64,000 nucleotides of DNA, taken from Mobula hypostoma. Lineage: Eukaryota. The notes under the pieces are model-generated. The model searched no databases and was not told the origin of the DNA. It saw nothing but the letters and a program-made list of their open reading frames with translations. The DNA lies in the NCBI RefSeq assembly GCF_963921235.1, contig NC_086110.1, positions 12,834,001 to 12,898,000 on the forward strand, in the 5' to 3' direction. Shown in pieces: positions 47,901-61,114 of this stretch; position 1 is the stretch's first letter; each line of letters begins with the position of its first letter. The position numbers and the translations under genes are program-made.

Positions 47901-49850
47901 TGTTCACAAAGTGGTCTGTCAGTGAAGATTGCATGATGACCACTGGAGCTCCAGTCTACGGGAGTGACCACGAGCCTTTGGTTGCCTATCAGGTTACTCC
48001 AATCCGAACTCTTGCGCTGTGGCTTTTCTTTGCCCAGATCCTGTGAGAGTGAGAGCTCAAGGAGCAGCACCTTATCTTCCGGGCTTTTTCCAGCATTCTG
48101 GTCTCATTATGCAGTTCTTCACCTTCAGATGACTGGCTCTTTACACTGGCATTCGGTTTTCTTTTCCTCGCTGTCTCAGTAGGGCTTAATCACATTGGCA
48201 AAATATTACACAGACCTTGCAGTTTCGTAGGTACATGGTTTTATTAAAGGAATTCGCCGCCCTCCACCCGTTTTCCCCCTGCAGCTTCTCTAATAGTTCG
48301 GTTAGATTATTTTTTCTTTTGTCAATTCTGCAGTTTAACCAGTACTTTTTTTTAATCTGCTGTGTTTACATTCTTTCTGCTAACCTTATTTTATCCCATT
48401 TAATAATCTGACCGTCTGGGCAGATGTTTAATGCGATTAACACTGCATTAAACAGGCGGAGACGCCTAATATACTGTTAGGCACTCCTATTCAGTCCTGC
48501 GACTCACCATCTCAGAAATAATGCTTTTGTTTTTCATGCATCTGCCCTGCTATCCTATCCCCGCCCCACGCACAGTAAAATATTATTATTTATTATTATG
48601 TATCATCTCGTATCACGGTCTATCCAAGACCATGATGTTTTCTTGGCTAATGTTTCTACAGAAATAAATCTTCTGGGCAGTGTCTGTACAAAACGGGTGA
48701 CCCCAACTGTAATCAGTATTCTTCAGAGAATGTCTGCTTAGTGTCAGTGGTCGCATAACCAGGGCTTGTGATATGCACCAGCTGCTCATACGACCACCCA
48801 CTACCTGCTCCCATGACTTCACATAACAACACTCACAACACACTGGAGGAACTCAGCAGGTTGGGCAGCATCCGTGGAAATGATCAGTCAACGTTTCGGG
48901 ACGGAACCCTTGGTCAGGACTGAAGAGGGAAGGGGCAGAGGCCCTATAAAGAAGGTGGGGGGAGGGTGGGACGGAGAAGGCCTCTCCACACTGCCACCCA
49001 ACAGCAAAATAATCCTTTTTAAAACCTTTTCCTGTGAATATGAACCCACCAGAAGCCGCAGAGGGTGCATCCAGTCCAGAGTTTAGATGATGCATTCTAT
49101 CCGCCCACATCGCGATAGATGTCAATGGAATATCTTTTTCACTGTAGCTCACCATTGAGATGAGCTGCTTTGTCCAGGCAGGGGATAGCAGTTGCTGAAA
49201 TCTGGAGCAAATATAAACGAGCTGCTGTAGGAATTTAGCAGGCCCATCTGTGGCCGGCCGGTAGTGTGTGCCGAGTGGTCCCAGCTTCGAATGCAGCCGG
49301 CTGCTTGCACGCTTTCCATCCATGCTGCGCTAAGCGTCGAGGTAGCAACTCAGCCTTGTCAGAAACAGACAAGATGCCAAAGAAAAAGCAAGGTTGCCGC
49401 CCCATGTGCCACAAGGCGCGGAGAGGAATAACAACAATCTAGTATCTGTGGAGGGAAATGGCTTGAGCAATTTCGGGTCAGGACACTGCGTTTGGAGTGA
49501 GTGAATAGAGGCAATATGGCCATTATAAAGAGGGTTGGGGTGAAGAGAGATCTGGCAAGCGATAGCTGGATCCAGGTGAAGGGGGAATTGGTAGGTAGAT
49601 TGGGTCGGGTGGGAGAGAGCAAGGTGGAGGTAGCAACTAAGGCTGGGATAGATAGATTAATTCGAGGAGGCAAAAGGTTGCAGTTGATGTGATATGAAAG
49701 GAAGTTGAAACATGCTTGTATGCTCGTTTAATACCATCCCTAATTTTACTGAATCCCAAGGAATTCAAGAATAATCTGTTCAGTCTCTCTTGATAGGCCA
49801 GTCCTTTCTTCCTAGGAATTAGCCTGGTAAATTTCCTTTGGAATTGATCA

Positions 49851-52800
49851 CATAGTCATAGTCATAATCATAGTCATAGTCATACTTCATTAATCACGGG
49901 GGAAATTGGTTTTCATTACAGTTGCTCCATAAATAATAAATAGTAATAGAACCATAAATAGTTAAATAGTAATATGTAAATTATGCCAGTAAATTATGAA
50001 ATAAGTCCAGGACCAGCCTATCGGCACAGGATGTCTGACCCTCCAAGGGAGGAGTTGTAAAGTTTGATGGCCACAGGCAGGAATGACTTCCTATGACGCT
50101 CTGTGCTGCATCTCGGTGGAATGAGTCTCTGGCTGAATGTACTCCTGTGCCCACCCAGTACATTACGTAGTGGATGGGAGACATTGACCAAGATGGCATG
50201 CAACTTAGACATCATCCTCTTTTCAGACACCACCGTGAGAGAGTCCAGTTCCACCCCACAACATCACTGGCCTTACGAATGAGTTTGTTGATTCTGTTTG
50301 TGTCTGCCATCCTCAGCCTGCTGCCCCAGCACACAACATCAAACATGATAGCACTGGCCACCACAGACTCGTAGAACATCTTCAGCATCGGCCGGCAGAT
50401 GTTAAAGGACCTCAGTCTCCTCAGGAAATAAAGACGACTCTGACCCTTCTTGTAGACAGCCTCAGTGTTCTTTGACCAGTCCAGTTTATTGTCGATTCAT
50501 ATCCCCAGGTATTTGTAATCCTCCACCATGTCCACACTGAACCCCTGGGGAAACAGGGGTCACTGGTACCTTCGCTCTCCTCAGGTCTACCACCAGCTCC
50601 TTAGTCTTTTTCACATTAAGCTGCAGATAATTCTGCTCACACCATGTGACAAGGTTTCCTACCATAGCCGTGTACTCAGCCTCATCTCCCTTGCTAATGC
50701 ATCCAACTATGGCAGAGTCATCCAAAAACTTCTAAAGATGACAAGACTGTGCGCAGTAGTTGAAGTCAGATGTGTAAATGGTGAAGAGAAAGGGAGACAA
50801 GACAGTCCCCTGTGGAGCCCCAGTGCTGCCGATCACTCTGTTGGACACACAGTGTTGCAAGCACACGTACTGTGGTCTGCCAGTCAGATAATCAAGAATC
50901 CATGATACCAGAGAAGCATCCACCTGAATCGCTGTCAGCTTCTCCCCCAGCAAAGCAGGGCGGATGGTGTTGAATGCACTGGAGAAGTCAAAAAACCATG
51001 ACCCTCACAGTGCTCGCTGGTTTGTCCAGGTGGGCGTAGACACGGTTCAGCAGGAAGACAATGGCATCCTCAACTCCTAGTCGGGGCTGGTAGGCGAACT
51101 GGAGGGGATCTAAGTGTGGCCTGACCATAGGCCGGAGCAGCTCCAGAACAAGTCTCTCCAGGGTCTTCATGATATGGGAGGTCAATGCCACCGGTCTGTA
51201 GTCATTGAGGCCGCTGGGGCGCGGCATCTTCGGCACAGGGACGAGGCAGGACGTCTTCCACAACACAGGAACCTCCGGAGCCTCAGGCTCAGGTTGAATA
51301 CATGGCAAAGTACTCCACATAGCTGAGGGGCACAGGCTTTGAGCACCCTGGTACTGACAACATCCGGTCCTGCAGCCTTGCTTGGGTTGAGACGTTTCAG
51401 CTGTCTTCTCAACTGTTCAGCTGTGAAGACCACCGTGGTGGTTTCGTGTGGGGAAGGGGTATAGTCATGAGAGCAGGCTGAGGGACTGTGAGGAGGGGTA
51501 GGAGGGGAGAGTGGAATATGTGTTGGTTGGGGGCCGACAACAGATGGCTCATTTGTGGGATGGGCAGGGGCCACTCTGTCAAATCTGTTAAAGAACAGGT
51601 TAAGTTCATTGGCCCTGTCCACACTGCCTTCCGCTCCTCTGTTGCTAGTTTGCCGGAACCCAGTGATGGTCGTCATCCCCCTCCAGACCTCTCTCATGTT
51701 GTTCTGCTGGAGTTTCTACTCAAGCTTCCTTCTGTACCTGTCTTTAGCCTCCCTGATCCTGGCTTTCAGGTCACTCTGTATTGTCCTCAGCTCCTCCCTA
51801 TTTCCATCTCTAAACGCCGTCTTTTTAGCGTTCAGGATGTCCTTAATGTCCTTTGTCACCCATGGCTTGTTATTTGAATAACCAAGGACAGTTCTTGTCG
51901 GAACATTGCAGTCCACACAGAAGTTGATGTAATCAGTGATGCACTCTGTGAGCCCATCAATATCCTCTCCATGTGGCTCACAGAGTGCCTGCCAGTCTGT
52001 CACCTCAAAACAACCCTGGAGCGCCTCATAAGCCTCCTCCGACCATTTTCTCACTGTCCTCGAGGTTGCAGGTTTACTCTTCACGAGAGGCACGTAGCAT
52101 GGTTTTAGATGCACCAGGTTGTGATCTGACCTTCCCAGTGGGGGGAGGGGAGAGGAGCTGTATGCATCCTTAACGTTAGCGTACATCAAATCCAGAGTCC
52201 TCTCCCCTCTGGTTGTACAGCTCACATGCTGCGTGAAGTTCGGCAGCGTTCTAGCCATGGTAACCTGGTTGAAGTCACCCGTGATGGTAATGAGGGCACT
52301 CGGGTGCTGGGTTTGGAGTCTGGTTAAGACGGCGTAAATGATGTTATACGCCGACGTCGGGTTGGCAGAGGGAGGGCTGTACACAACAACGACAATTGCA
52401 TGCGAGATTTCCCTTGGCAAATAATATGACCGGAGTCCAACAGCAAAAAGTTCAATATCCGGGCTACAGACCCGTTCCTTGATCATAATATGCCCAGGAT
52501 TGTACCATCTGTTATTTACCAGAACCGCCAGCTCCCCTCCATTAAGCTTACCGCTCTCAGTACAATTCCGGTCAGCTCGAACGGTCTGGAAGCCCTCTAT
52601 GGAAACGCTTTGATCGGGTATATCCTCGTGCACCCACGTCTCAATGAAGCACATGACACTGCTCTCCCGAAATGTTCTCTGTCTCCTGGCAAGCGCCGTC
52701 AGTCCGTCTATTTTATTCCCCAGCGATCTCACATTTCCCATGATGAGAGAGGGGAGACACGGCTTATTACTTATCTTCTCCAAAAGCCGCTGTTGTCTCG

Positions 52801-53164
52801 ACCCGGTCCTCTTCCCTAGCCTTTTTGATCCCCTTCTGCATCCTCTGTGTGTTTTCCTCCAGATTTCAGCCGGTATGTCCGCTGCTCTGTTCGCTAAACC
52901 GGCCGGCATGAGCGCCATCAATTGTTCCCTGGAATAAACAATGCGGCCATCCTGCTGCCACGCTAACAAGACGTGTCCGAATGTAACTAATTCCAGCGCT
53001 AAAAAAACAAGTAAAACTCTCTCCACCAGCATGTTAGAGAGGATGCAGCTTCAACGTGTTACCGTGAGAAAAAAATACAACAAATAACTAAGTTAAAAAG
53101 TTTAAAAGTAAGAAACTGCGGAGCAACTGTAACAGGCTGCATGCACGACCGGCGCATGCGCACC
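49851..53164 (-). mobile_element. Apparently full-length Rex1/Babar-clade LINE, frameshifted
   Basis: 438-aa endonuclease ORF (GNVRSLGNK, ETW, GDFN, SDH), RT motifs (YRPVALTS, GAPQGTVLSP, DDSA), an (ATGACT)n tail and a TTGATCA TSD at 49844-49850 and 53165-53171. Confidence 0.9.
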
Positions 53165-56100
53165 TTGATCATACTGCTCTTTATGAACTTGATATGACAA
53201 AAGGCCTCACACCTTCCAATGTTAAGCTGAATTTGCTGGTGTATCGGCCAATGCCTTAATCTATCTACACCACGTTACGGAATTAAAGCATCCTCAGCTA
53301 TTTTCTTCACTTCTGGAAGTCAGCCCTTTGGACAATGCTTGGATCAGAGCTGTGATGTGCTCGGTAGTATAATAGTTCCTGCGAAACTCATACTGGGCAT
53401 CCTCGTGTTGGTTTATGGTGAATCAATGCTGGTTAATTGGAGTTTCAGTGACAGCTTCTAACGCCTTATTGATGATTGAGTGATCGGATGGAAATATGTT
53501 GATTGGATTTGTTCTCTCCTAAATGAGGGAACTCATCGTGTTCCCCCCCTTTATTCATAGCATCCACCTCCCTTACGATTCATTCAACCTTCATCTCACC
53601 CTTTGCTTTCCAAGTCCACAATGCTACAGTTTGGAAGCACCCTAAATTGGTGTAGGGCATCTTAACTTGGTTGCCATTTAGTTACCTTCCAAAACACTTC
53701 AGCAAATTACAATAATTCGGTCATATACTGATAACTCGTGGGCTGTTTTATTTTCCAAATAATGTAAAAACTCAAAATCAATGAAGCAAGAGGAAAATTA
53801 TAGAACTATCAGGATGTGTGATCACAGGCAAAAAAAAACTACCCATCTTTGTCAGCTATCATTTAAGTGCATCCTTCAGACGAAGTGTGGTAAGGGGGTG
53901 GATGAGTAGGCGAATGGTTATAGAAAGGTGAGAATTCAAAGCTATGATTACAACTGGATCATTTGCGAATTTAATGAGCGGGAAATGAGACTTGAAAAAC
54001 CTTTCATTCACATAATCTTTCAATTTTTCATCGTTTTCTCTGGAGTGCTAAGTTTGTTTCAAGGAATTAGTGTGGTCGTGAGTTGTCAGACATCGAATTT
54101 CTTTCTTTCCCGACATCTCCCCAAAGTCGTGCTGCACCTAATCCTGCACCATCTACTTCCAGTAGTCCAATCCATTTTATAACGACAGGAAAATGTATAA
54201 CTAATTGATATCCATGCTGCTCTAATAATCAGACTCAACATTCTGCACCAGTGTTAATACTTTTAACTTCATGAGCACAGACTATTCAATATTGGGAAGT
54301 TACTAAAAAGAAAGACTACTTTGGTTCCTAAAGGCGAATTTTCTAAGCAATGATAGATGAGTAAGCGTGACTCTACTATATGGTTCTACTTTCAAATCAC
54401 GTGTACATATGACTCTTTTTTTGTTACTGTGGTTAAATTAGCCCAAATATATCGCTGTAATGGGACCAAAAACTGCCTTTTCTATTTACCCTGCTCTGCT
54501 TCAACCTAGGTTGTGACACATCGATGAAAATGCGCATTTCGTTCAGCTTCTGGATGCCAGGAATTTCCCTTTGTTTTAATATAGATACAGTATATTTTAC
54601 AGCAAAGGGATCGAAATCAAGTTCAGGAATGATTTGAACGATATGCTTTTATTTAAAATAAAAATAATTAATTGATATATTGAATCTGTAGTTACAGCAA
54701 TATCCTTTATGTACGGGTCATCACGAGAGGCAGTGAGAAATTTGTTTACATCATCTTTATTGATTTAATTTAAAGCTGACGGAAGTGAACTAGACTAGTT
54801 TTGTTATTGAATTGGGGACTTGTGTTTGTTTTCCAAGATGAAAGTCACATTTAAAAGCGAGAAGAACAGAACTTCCTTCTTGCAGGCAGTATTGCTTTTC
54901 CGGTTCTCCTGGAGGATTGTGAATGTTGATTGACTGGGGTTACCAAAGGAGAAAGTCGATAAATCGTATGTGGAGGGAATTGATGACTATGAAGTCTTAG
55001 TACAGAACATGAGATTAGACGGTGCAAATCAGCATTTATTATATTGAATAGCGCAGCAAATTCGGCACAGCCTTTGTATTCTGAAATTCGTAGTACAAAG
55101 ATCAAAGTTCAAAGCTCTGCTTCTTTGAGTCTGTTGAAGTACCGGTAATTCAAAATCAGCGAGTCATCCATCCTCCAGTGAATACGCAAAATAATCATTT
55201 AAAAATAATATTTACTAGCCCACAATTTAAAACTGATGCCAGTTGAAACTGATTTAGTATTTTTTCCATACTTTTCCTTTTCTGCTTCAAATTGAATGTT
55301 AATGCCAGGGGCGTTTTTTTGCCGGATAAAACAACAAAAGTTTATCTCCTTTTAAACGCAGTCGGATTAAGAGTGGAAGTTACTGCTTATAGTAGCATTG
55401 ACAGTGCTAATTATTTGCAATACGTTTATAGCAAAGCTTCGCTTTGAGCTACTTGTGTAGGATCGCTGATGACAAAGTTGACCTGCCAAGAATATGGGGT
55501 TTGTTCCAAAGTTGAAGTTGCCTACACGCCTATGACTTTTAATTGGCCGATGGAATACTGTACTGCACTTCGGCGGAGCACAGATAATACCGCACATGAT
55601 AACTATGTAAAAGTATCTTTTATTCTATATGATAAAAATGAAGTACTTCGTTCTATGATGCAGGAGCTGCTTCCCTTTGTCACGAGTTCAGAAATCCGTG
55701 AATACTCTGGTCTCAGGGAGCGTTAACTAATACTATGTTTTCATGGGTCCTGTATTGATTGCAGGAGAGCACACCGGAACAAAGATAGGGGAAAACATCG
55801 GCAGTGTAGTAACATTCCGGAGACTACAAATCGATTTATCAAATCGACCACAATGTCGATTTATTTCCATTAATAAAGAACCATTACGACGGTACAAAGT
55901 CAAAATTGCGCTCATGTTTCTACATAGTTTCTAAGAGTACATTTCATTACAACAGTGCTTTTTTTATTATTATTTACACCAGTTCTTCGGCTCTGCTTGT
56001 GAATTGACGGCGTGTTTTTCCTCAAAGGCGTCGGCCTTTTGTAAAAACTTTGTGGTCTCTGAAGTTACCGTGTCATAGGCAAAGGTATGTTCAAATGGTG

Positions 56101-56519
56101 ATTGAGCAAATTATCTTTTCAATTTTGATTTTAATTTAAAAGAAACTTAAGGCAGTGTGTGACGTGGCTCATACAGTTTCAAAACGAAGAGCCAAGCCTG
56201 AAATTCCAACAAGCAACATGATGGAAAAAGGTACTCTCACGGTCTTATAGGTTTTTCCACCACAGAATGTCTGGGCTTGCACGAAGTTGCTTTGCTTAAA
56301 ATCTTGAGAAGCGTTTCGTTAAAAAATTCAGACATAGATAATTCCAGGGACGCTGCACTGACGTAATCTTCTTCTGTTTCATTTATCCAACCCTTCGCCT
56401 GTTATTATATTAATCATTAACGTCAGAGCCACGAGAATCGTGGAGACATTTTAAAATAGGAGCTCAATAAAGGATAGTTCACGGCACGAGTTAAGCATAA
56501 AATAAATAACCATTTTTCA

Positions 56520-58965
56520 GCTGTGTTTTCCATGGAGAAAGGCATGGAACCTTAAACAAAGGGAAATGAATAGTGACCTATTAGATCTTTTACACATAGC
56601 AAGGGAAGAGGTGCTAGCGGGGTTGAGGGACATCAAAGTGGTTAAATCGCCGAGGTGTGATCATAGGATTTGTGGGAAGCTATGAAAGAAATCGTTGGGG
56701 CGTTAGCGGAGGTACTTACATAATTTTTAGCCAGGTGTGTGAGACAGGGGGAGGGGACGATGGCCGATACTATGCATTTCTTAAAGAAGGGCTACCAAGA
56801 CAGACCAAATAATTGCAGGCCAGTGAATCTATTTGGTGGGAGAGTTACTGGAGGGGATTCTGATAGACAGCATGTAGTGGAATTTCAGAAGGTAAGGACT
56901 GAAAAGCAATTGTTAACATGCCTTAGTGTGAGAAAAATAACATCATACTAATTTGAATTTTTTTTTGACAAATGGCGAAAATGATTCACGAGACCAGCGC
57001 AGTAGGCGTTGTCGTGATGGGCTTTCGCAAGGCTTTTGATAAGGTCCCATGTAGTCTGTATGACAGGTTACTTGGAATCCTGGATGGGATAGCCCACTGG
57101 ATGCAAAGTTTAATTAATGGAAGAAGGTACACGGTGGGAGTGGAGGAATTTTATTTCGATTGGAGGCCTGTGACTAGCTGTATGTGACAGGGATCGGTGT
57201 TGTAATTAGCATTAATGATTTGAATGACGGTGTGATTAATGACGTTAGCAAGTTTGCAGATGACACCTAAGTTGTAGGCAGAGGTGGACGATGAAGAACT
57301 CAAGACGTGGGCCAAGCTATGTCAATGGCAATTTAACTCTAACAAATGTGAAAAAAGGCCTACATGTGGAGACAATGATTCCTATACTGGGGAAGTCCCG
57401 GTCCAGGACAAACGCAGGATAGCAGGACGTTCCTTTAGAACAGAGATGACGAGGAATTCCTTGAGCTAGAGGGTGGAGAATCTATGAAATTCATTGCCCC
57501 AGATGGCTATGGAGTCCAAGGCATTGGAGAGAGGGAGAAGAAAGGGAATCAGCCGCTATTTTGCCTGCCCTTAGAGGCTGGGAAAATATTAGAGTCTATT
57601 GTTAAGGATGTGGCTTCCCACTTTGGGGGATAGGCCCTTCTTCCCGGACGGGCAATAGACCTAAGCTCTGTCCTCGGCAGTTACATGAGAAAATAGGCCG
57701 CAGTCAGCATGGTTTCATTTAGGGAATATCTTATCTGACAAATCTGTTGGAATTCTTTGAAGAAAAAACAAGCAGTATAGACAAAGGAGAATCGGTGTAT
57801 ATTGTGTACTTAGATTTTTCACAAGGCCTTTGATAAGGTGCCAGACGTAAAACAGTTTAATAAATTAAGAGCCTTTGGTATTATAGGAAAAATACTAGGA
57901 TGGTTGTTTGGCCGAAGATAAAGTGTAGATAAAGATAAAAGCGCCTTTCCTGGTTGGCTGCCGGTGACTAGTGGTGTTCCAACATGATCTGTGTTGGGCC
58001 CACTTCCTTTTACGTTACATGTCAATGGTTTGGATGACAGAATTGATGGATTTATGGACAATTTTCCAAAGCGTACAAAGATAAAGTAGTAAAGTAGTTT
58101 TAAGGAAGTGGAGAGACTACAGAAGGACAGCTTAGGAGAATGGGCAAAGGAATGGCCGATAGAAAACAATGTGGTGGGGTATATGGTCATGCGTTTTGGT
58201 AGCAGAAATAAAAGTGTAATCTATTTACTAAATGGAGGGAAATTTCAAACATCCGAGGGGCAAAGGGACTTCGGAGTCCTCGTGCAGGATTCCATAAAGG
58301 TTAATTTGCAGGTTGAGTCGGTGGTAAGGAAGGCAAAGATTGGCGGTGTAGTAAACAGTGAGGCAGGTTCTCAGAGCCTGCAGAGGGACTTGGACCAGCT
58401 GGAAAAATGGGCTGAAAAATGGCAGATGGAATTTAATACAGACAAGTGTGAGGTATTGCACGTTGGAAGGACAAACCAAGGTAGAACATACAGGGTTACT
58501 GGTTCGGCACAGCCAAGAAGGGCCAAAAGGTCTGTTTCTGTGCTGTAGTTTCTATATTGGAACTCAGAAGAATGAGGGGTGGCCTCACTGAGACGTTTCG
58601 AATGTTGAAAGTCCTTGATTGATTGGATCCAGAGAGGATGTTTTTACGGCGGGGAGTCTAAGACCAAGGAAACAACTTCAGAATAGAGAGGCATCCTTTT
58701 AGAATGGAGATAAGGAATTTCTTGAGCTAGAGGTAGGTGAATCCGTGGAATTCGTTCTCACAGGCGGCTTTGGAGGCCAAGTCGGTGGGTATATTTAAGA
58801 CAGAGGTTGACAGATTCTTGATTAGTCAGGGCATGGAAGGATACGAGGGAAATGCAGGAGATTGGGGCTGAGAGGGAATCTGGAATAACAACGATGAAAT
58901 GGCGGAGCAGACTGGATGGGCCAAATTGCCTAATTCTGCTCCTGTATCTTATCGTCTTATGGTGT
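56520..58965 (+). mobile_element. Several degenerate and nested CR1 fragments
   Basis: RKAFDKVP, QKDSLGEWAKEW and WQMEFNTDKCEV motifs, plus a 3-prime tail near 58950. Confidence 0.8.
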
Positions 58966-59596
58966 TATTATGTCGTCAATTGATATAAAATATCAACTAG
59001 AAACCGATTTTTCGAGACTCAATCTGATCAGCCAAGCTTGAATATTTTACGACGTATTAGAACAAATTCTTGTGGTCTGTATCTTTCACCACAGTAGCCC
59101 CAATCGTTGTGAATAGCGAATTATGTTCACATGAAAGGAATGGAAACGAATGGATTTCAGAGACACCAGCGAGACATTGGTGGCCTGGGTTTGGGAAGCA
59201 GTACAGGCTGGGCGATGCTTATGTTAACGTTGCAGAGGGTACTACTGGAAGCTCGGGATGTAGAAGTTGTCGAGTTAGGAACAGCTGGAGCGACAATATA
59301 CCCGCACCAAAAAGCTCTGCTCTGTCTACTAGGAATTAGCCGAGTTACGCTCACACTTTTTTTCCAACAGAAAACCAGTTCGATATTCTTGGGTTAAGAT
59401 TAGTTTCTAGGTTCGCTCCCTTCGCTGAATTTAATTAAGTATTATAAATTAAAGAATGTGAAGTCAGCGCAATGAATATCAACGAAACAAGGCAGCAGGA
59501 TGGCGTTGCACTGGAATTTGTTACATCTGTTACTCACAGCGATCCAGGGATCAGCGTTCTCCCGTGGTAATTTGTGGTAACGTGTGTGTGTGTGTA

Positions 59597-59600
<4 letters not shown>

Positions 59601-59642
<42 letters not shown>
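59601..59642 (+). repeat. (AG)n microsatellite
   Basis: Directly visible. Confidence 0.95.
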
Positions 59643-59644
<2 letters not shown>

Positions 59645-61114
59645 GGCACTGTGGGAAGAGGAGGAATTTGATCGTATATGGGAAACATAAAATGTAGTGA
59701 ACAAATGGATTTGATTATCGACGTGGACGTTGGTCGAGCTGACACTTTCCGCGCTCTCCTTTGATTCTTAGCTTTGCTGAGATTTGGGCTGTACATATGC
59801 TCACTGTGTCCGACCGCAACCCCACCTGAACAGGTCACGCGTCACCAAGTGCAGGTGACATGGATCTCTGCGCGGATTTCCAACGACTTTGCAAATATAA
59901 ATTACCTGGCACCATGGTTAAAAACAGAAACAAGGTACTTTCTGACGAAACGATTAGTTTGAATGTCTGAAATTCAAATACACTACTCCAGATTTGGTGA
60001 TGAGCAAGTAAATACATCGAGATCGGGGAGGTTCAGAGACAGAAAGGCGTTCGCCTGAATTTATGCGGAAAATCAGACAGTCCATGCAGACGTTTGCAAC
60101 CCTATTTAACAAGGAGTTTCAACTGGAATATCAACCTTACATCCTCTTGAGTTTTTTGTCTTAACACAAGCGAGATTTTCCCTAATGCTGTCTACCAATG
60201 CAATAAAGAAATTATTCAGCTGAGCGGATGCAGTAAAGTTTATTTCCTCTTGCATCCGAAATCGTACTGAAGACACCACAGTTCGTTGCAGTTAGGTCTC
60301 TGACCAATTAGCTCCGGAATAGCACCATTCTGGATCTTGATGACAAACTGGAGTTTATTTTTACAAGCATCATAAATATTCTTACTACCCACTAGGTGGC
60401 TCATTTGTCCACTGTCACGCGTCACCAAAATGACAGAAGATAACCGGAGTTCCATTTAGTGATAATAATTCACCAGAGATCTTCGCGCTAATGCTTGGTT
60501 TGGGTTTTACCGATGGTATTTTGCTTAAGTTTGCATTTGAATGTCAGATCAAACCGGGTTGAAAGTCCTGACGAAGGGTCTCGCCCGAAACATTAACTGT
60601 TCGTTTCCACGGATGCTGCCCGACCTGCTGAGTTCCTCTAGCGTGTTGCGCGTGTTGCTTTGACCCCAGCATCCGCAGAGTATTTTGTGTTTAGGGGTTG
60701 AAAGTGTTAACTCCATACCTGAAGAGCGAGAGACCTTTATTGGATCAAGGAAACATTTTGAAAAAACATGCGCATTGAAACTATTGGAAAACAAAGGATA
60801 AATTCGCAGAATGGGAACTTCCAAAATACAGTGGAAGATAGGAGACACACGTGACTACAGTCATTAGAATCTGAATTAAATAAAACCCAACGGGCCAAGC
60901 AGCATCTGTGGAGGCAAGGGATTGTTGACATTTCGGGTCGCGAGTTTGCGTCAAGATTAAGGAGGGAGGTCTTGGATGCCGACACGTGGGTTGAGAACTT
61001 GTCTCCGGCTCCTCAATACAATGATTTAGGTGTAGCCGGACGTAGCACCACATCGACAACATTACCTTTCAGATAAAACGACAAAAGACCACCTGCACCG
61101 ATGATTACTCGGCG

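Noticed and set aside
55450-55750. SCAV...IGQLKVIG on the minus strand resembling a V-domain end
   Set aside because: Stops in frame and no upstream Cys or Trp pattern; compatible with chance.
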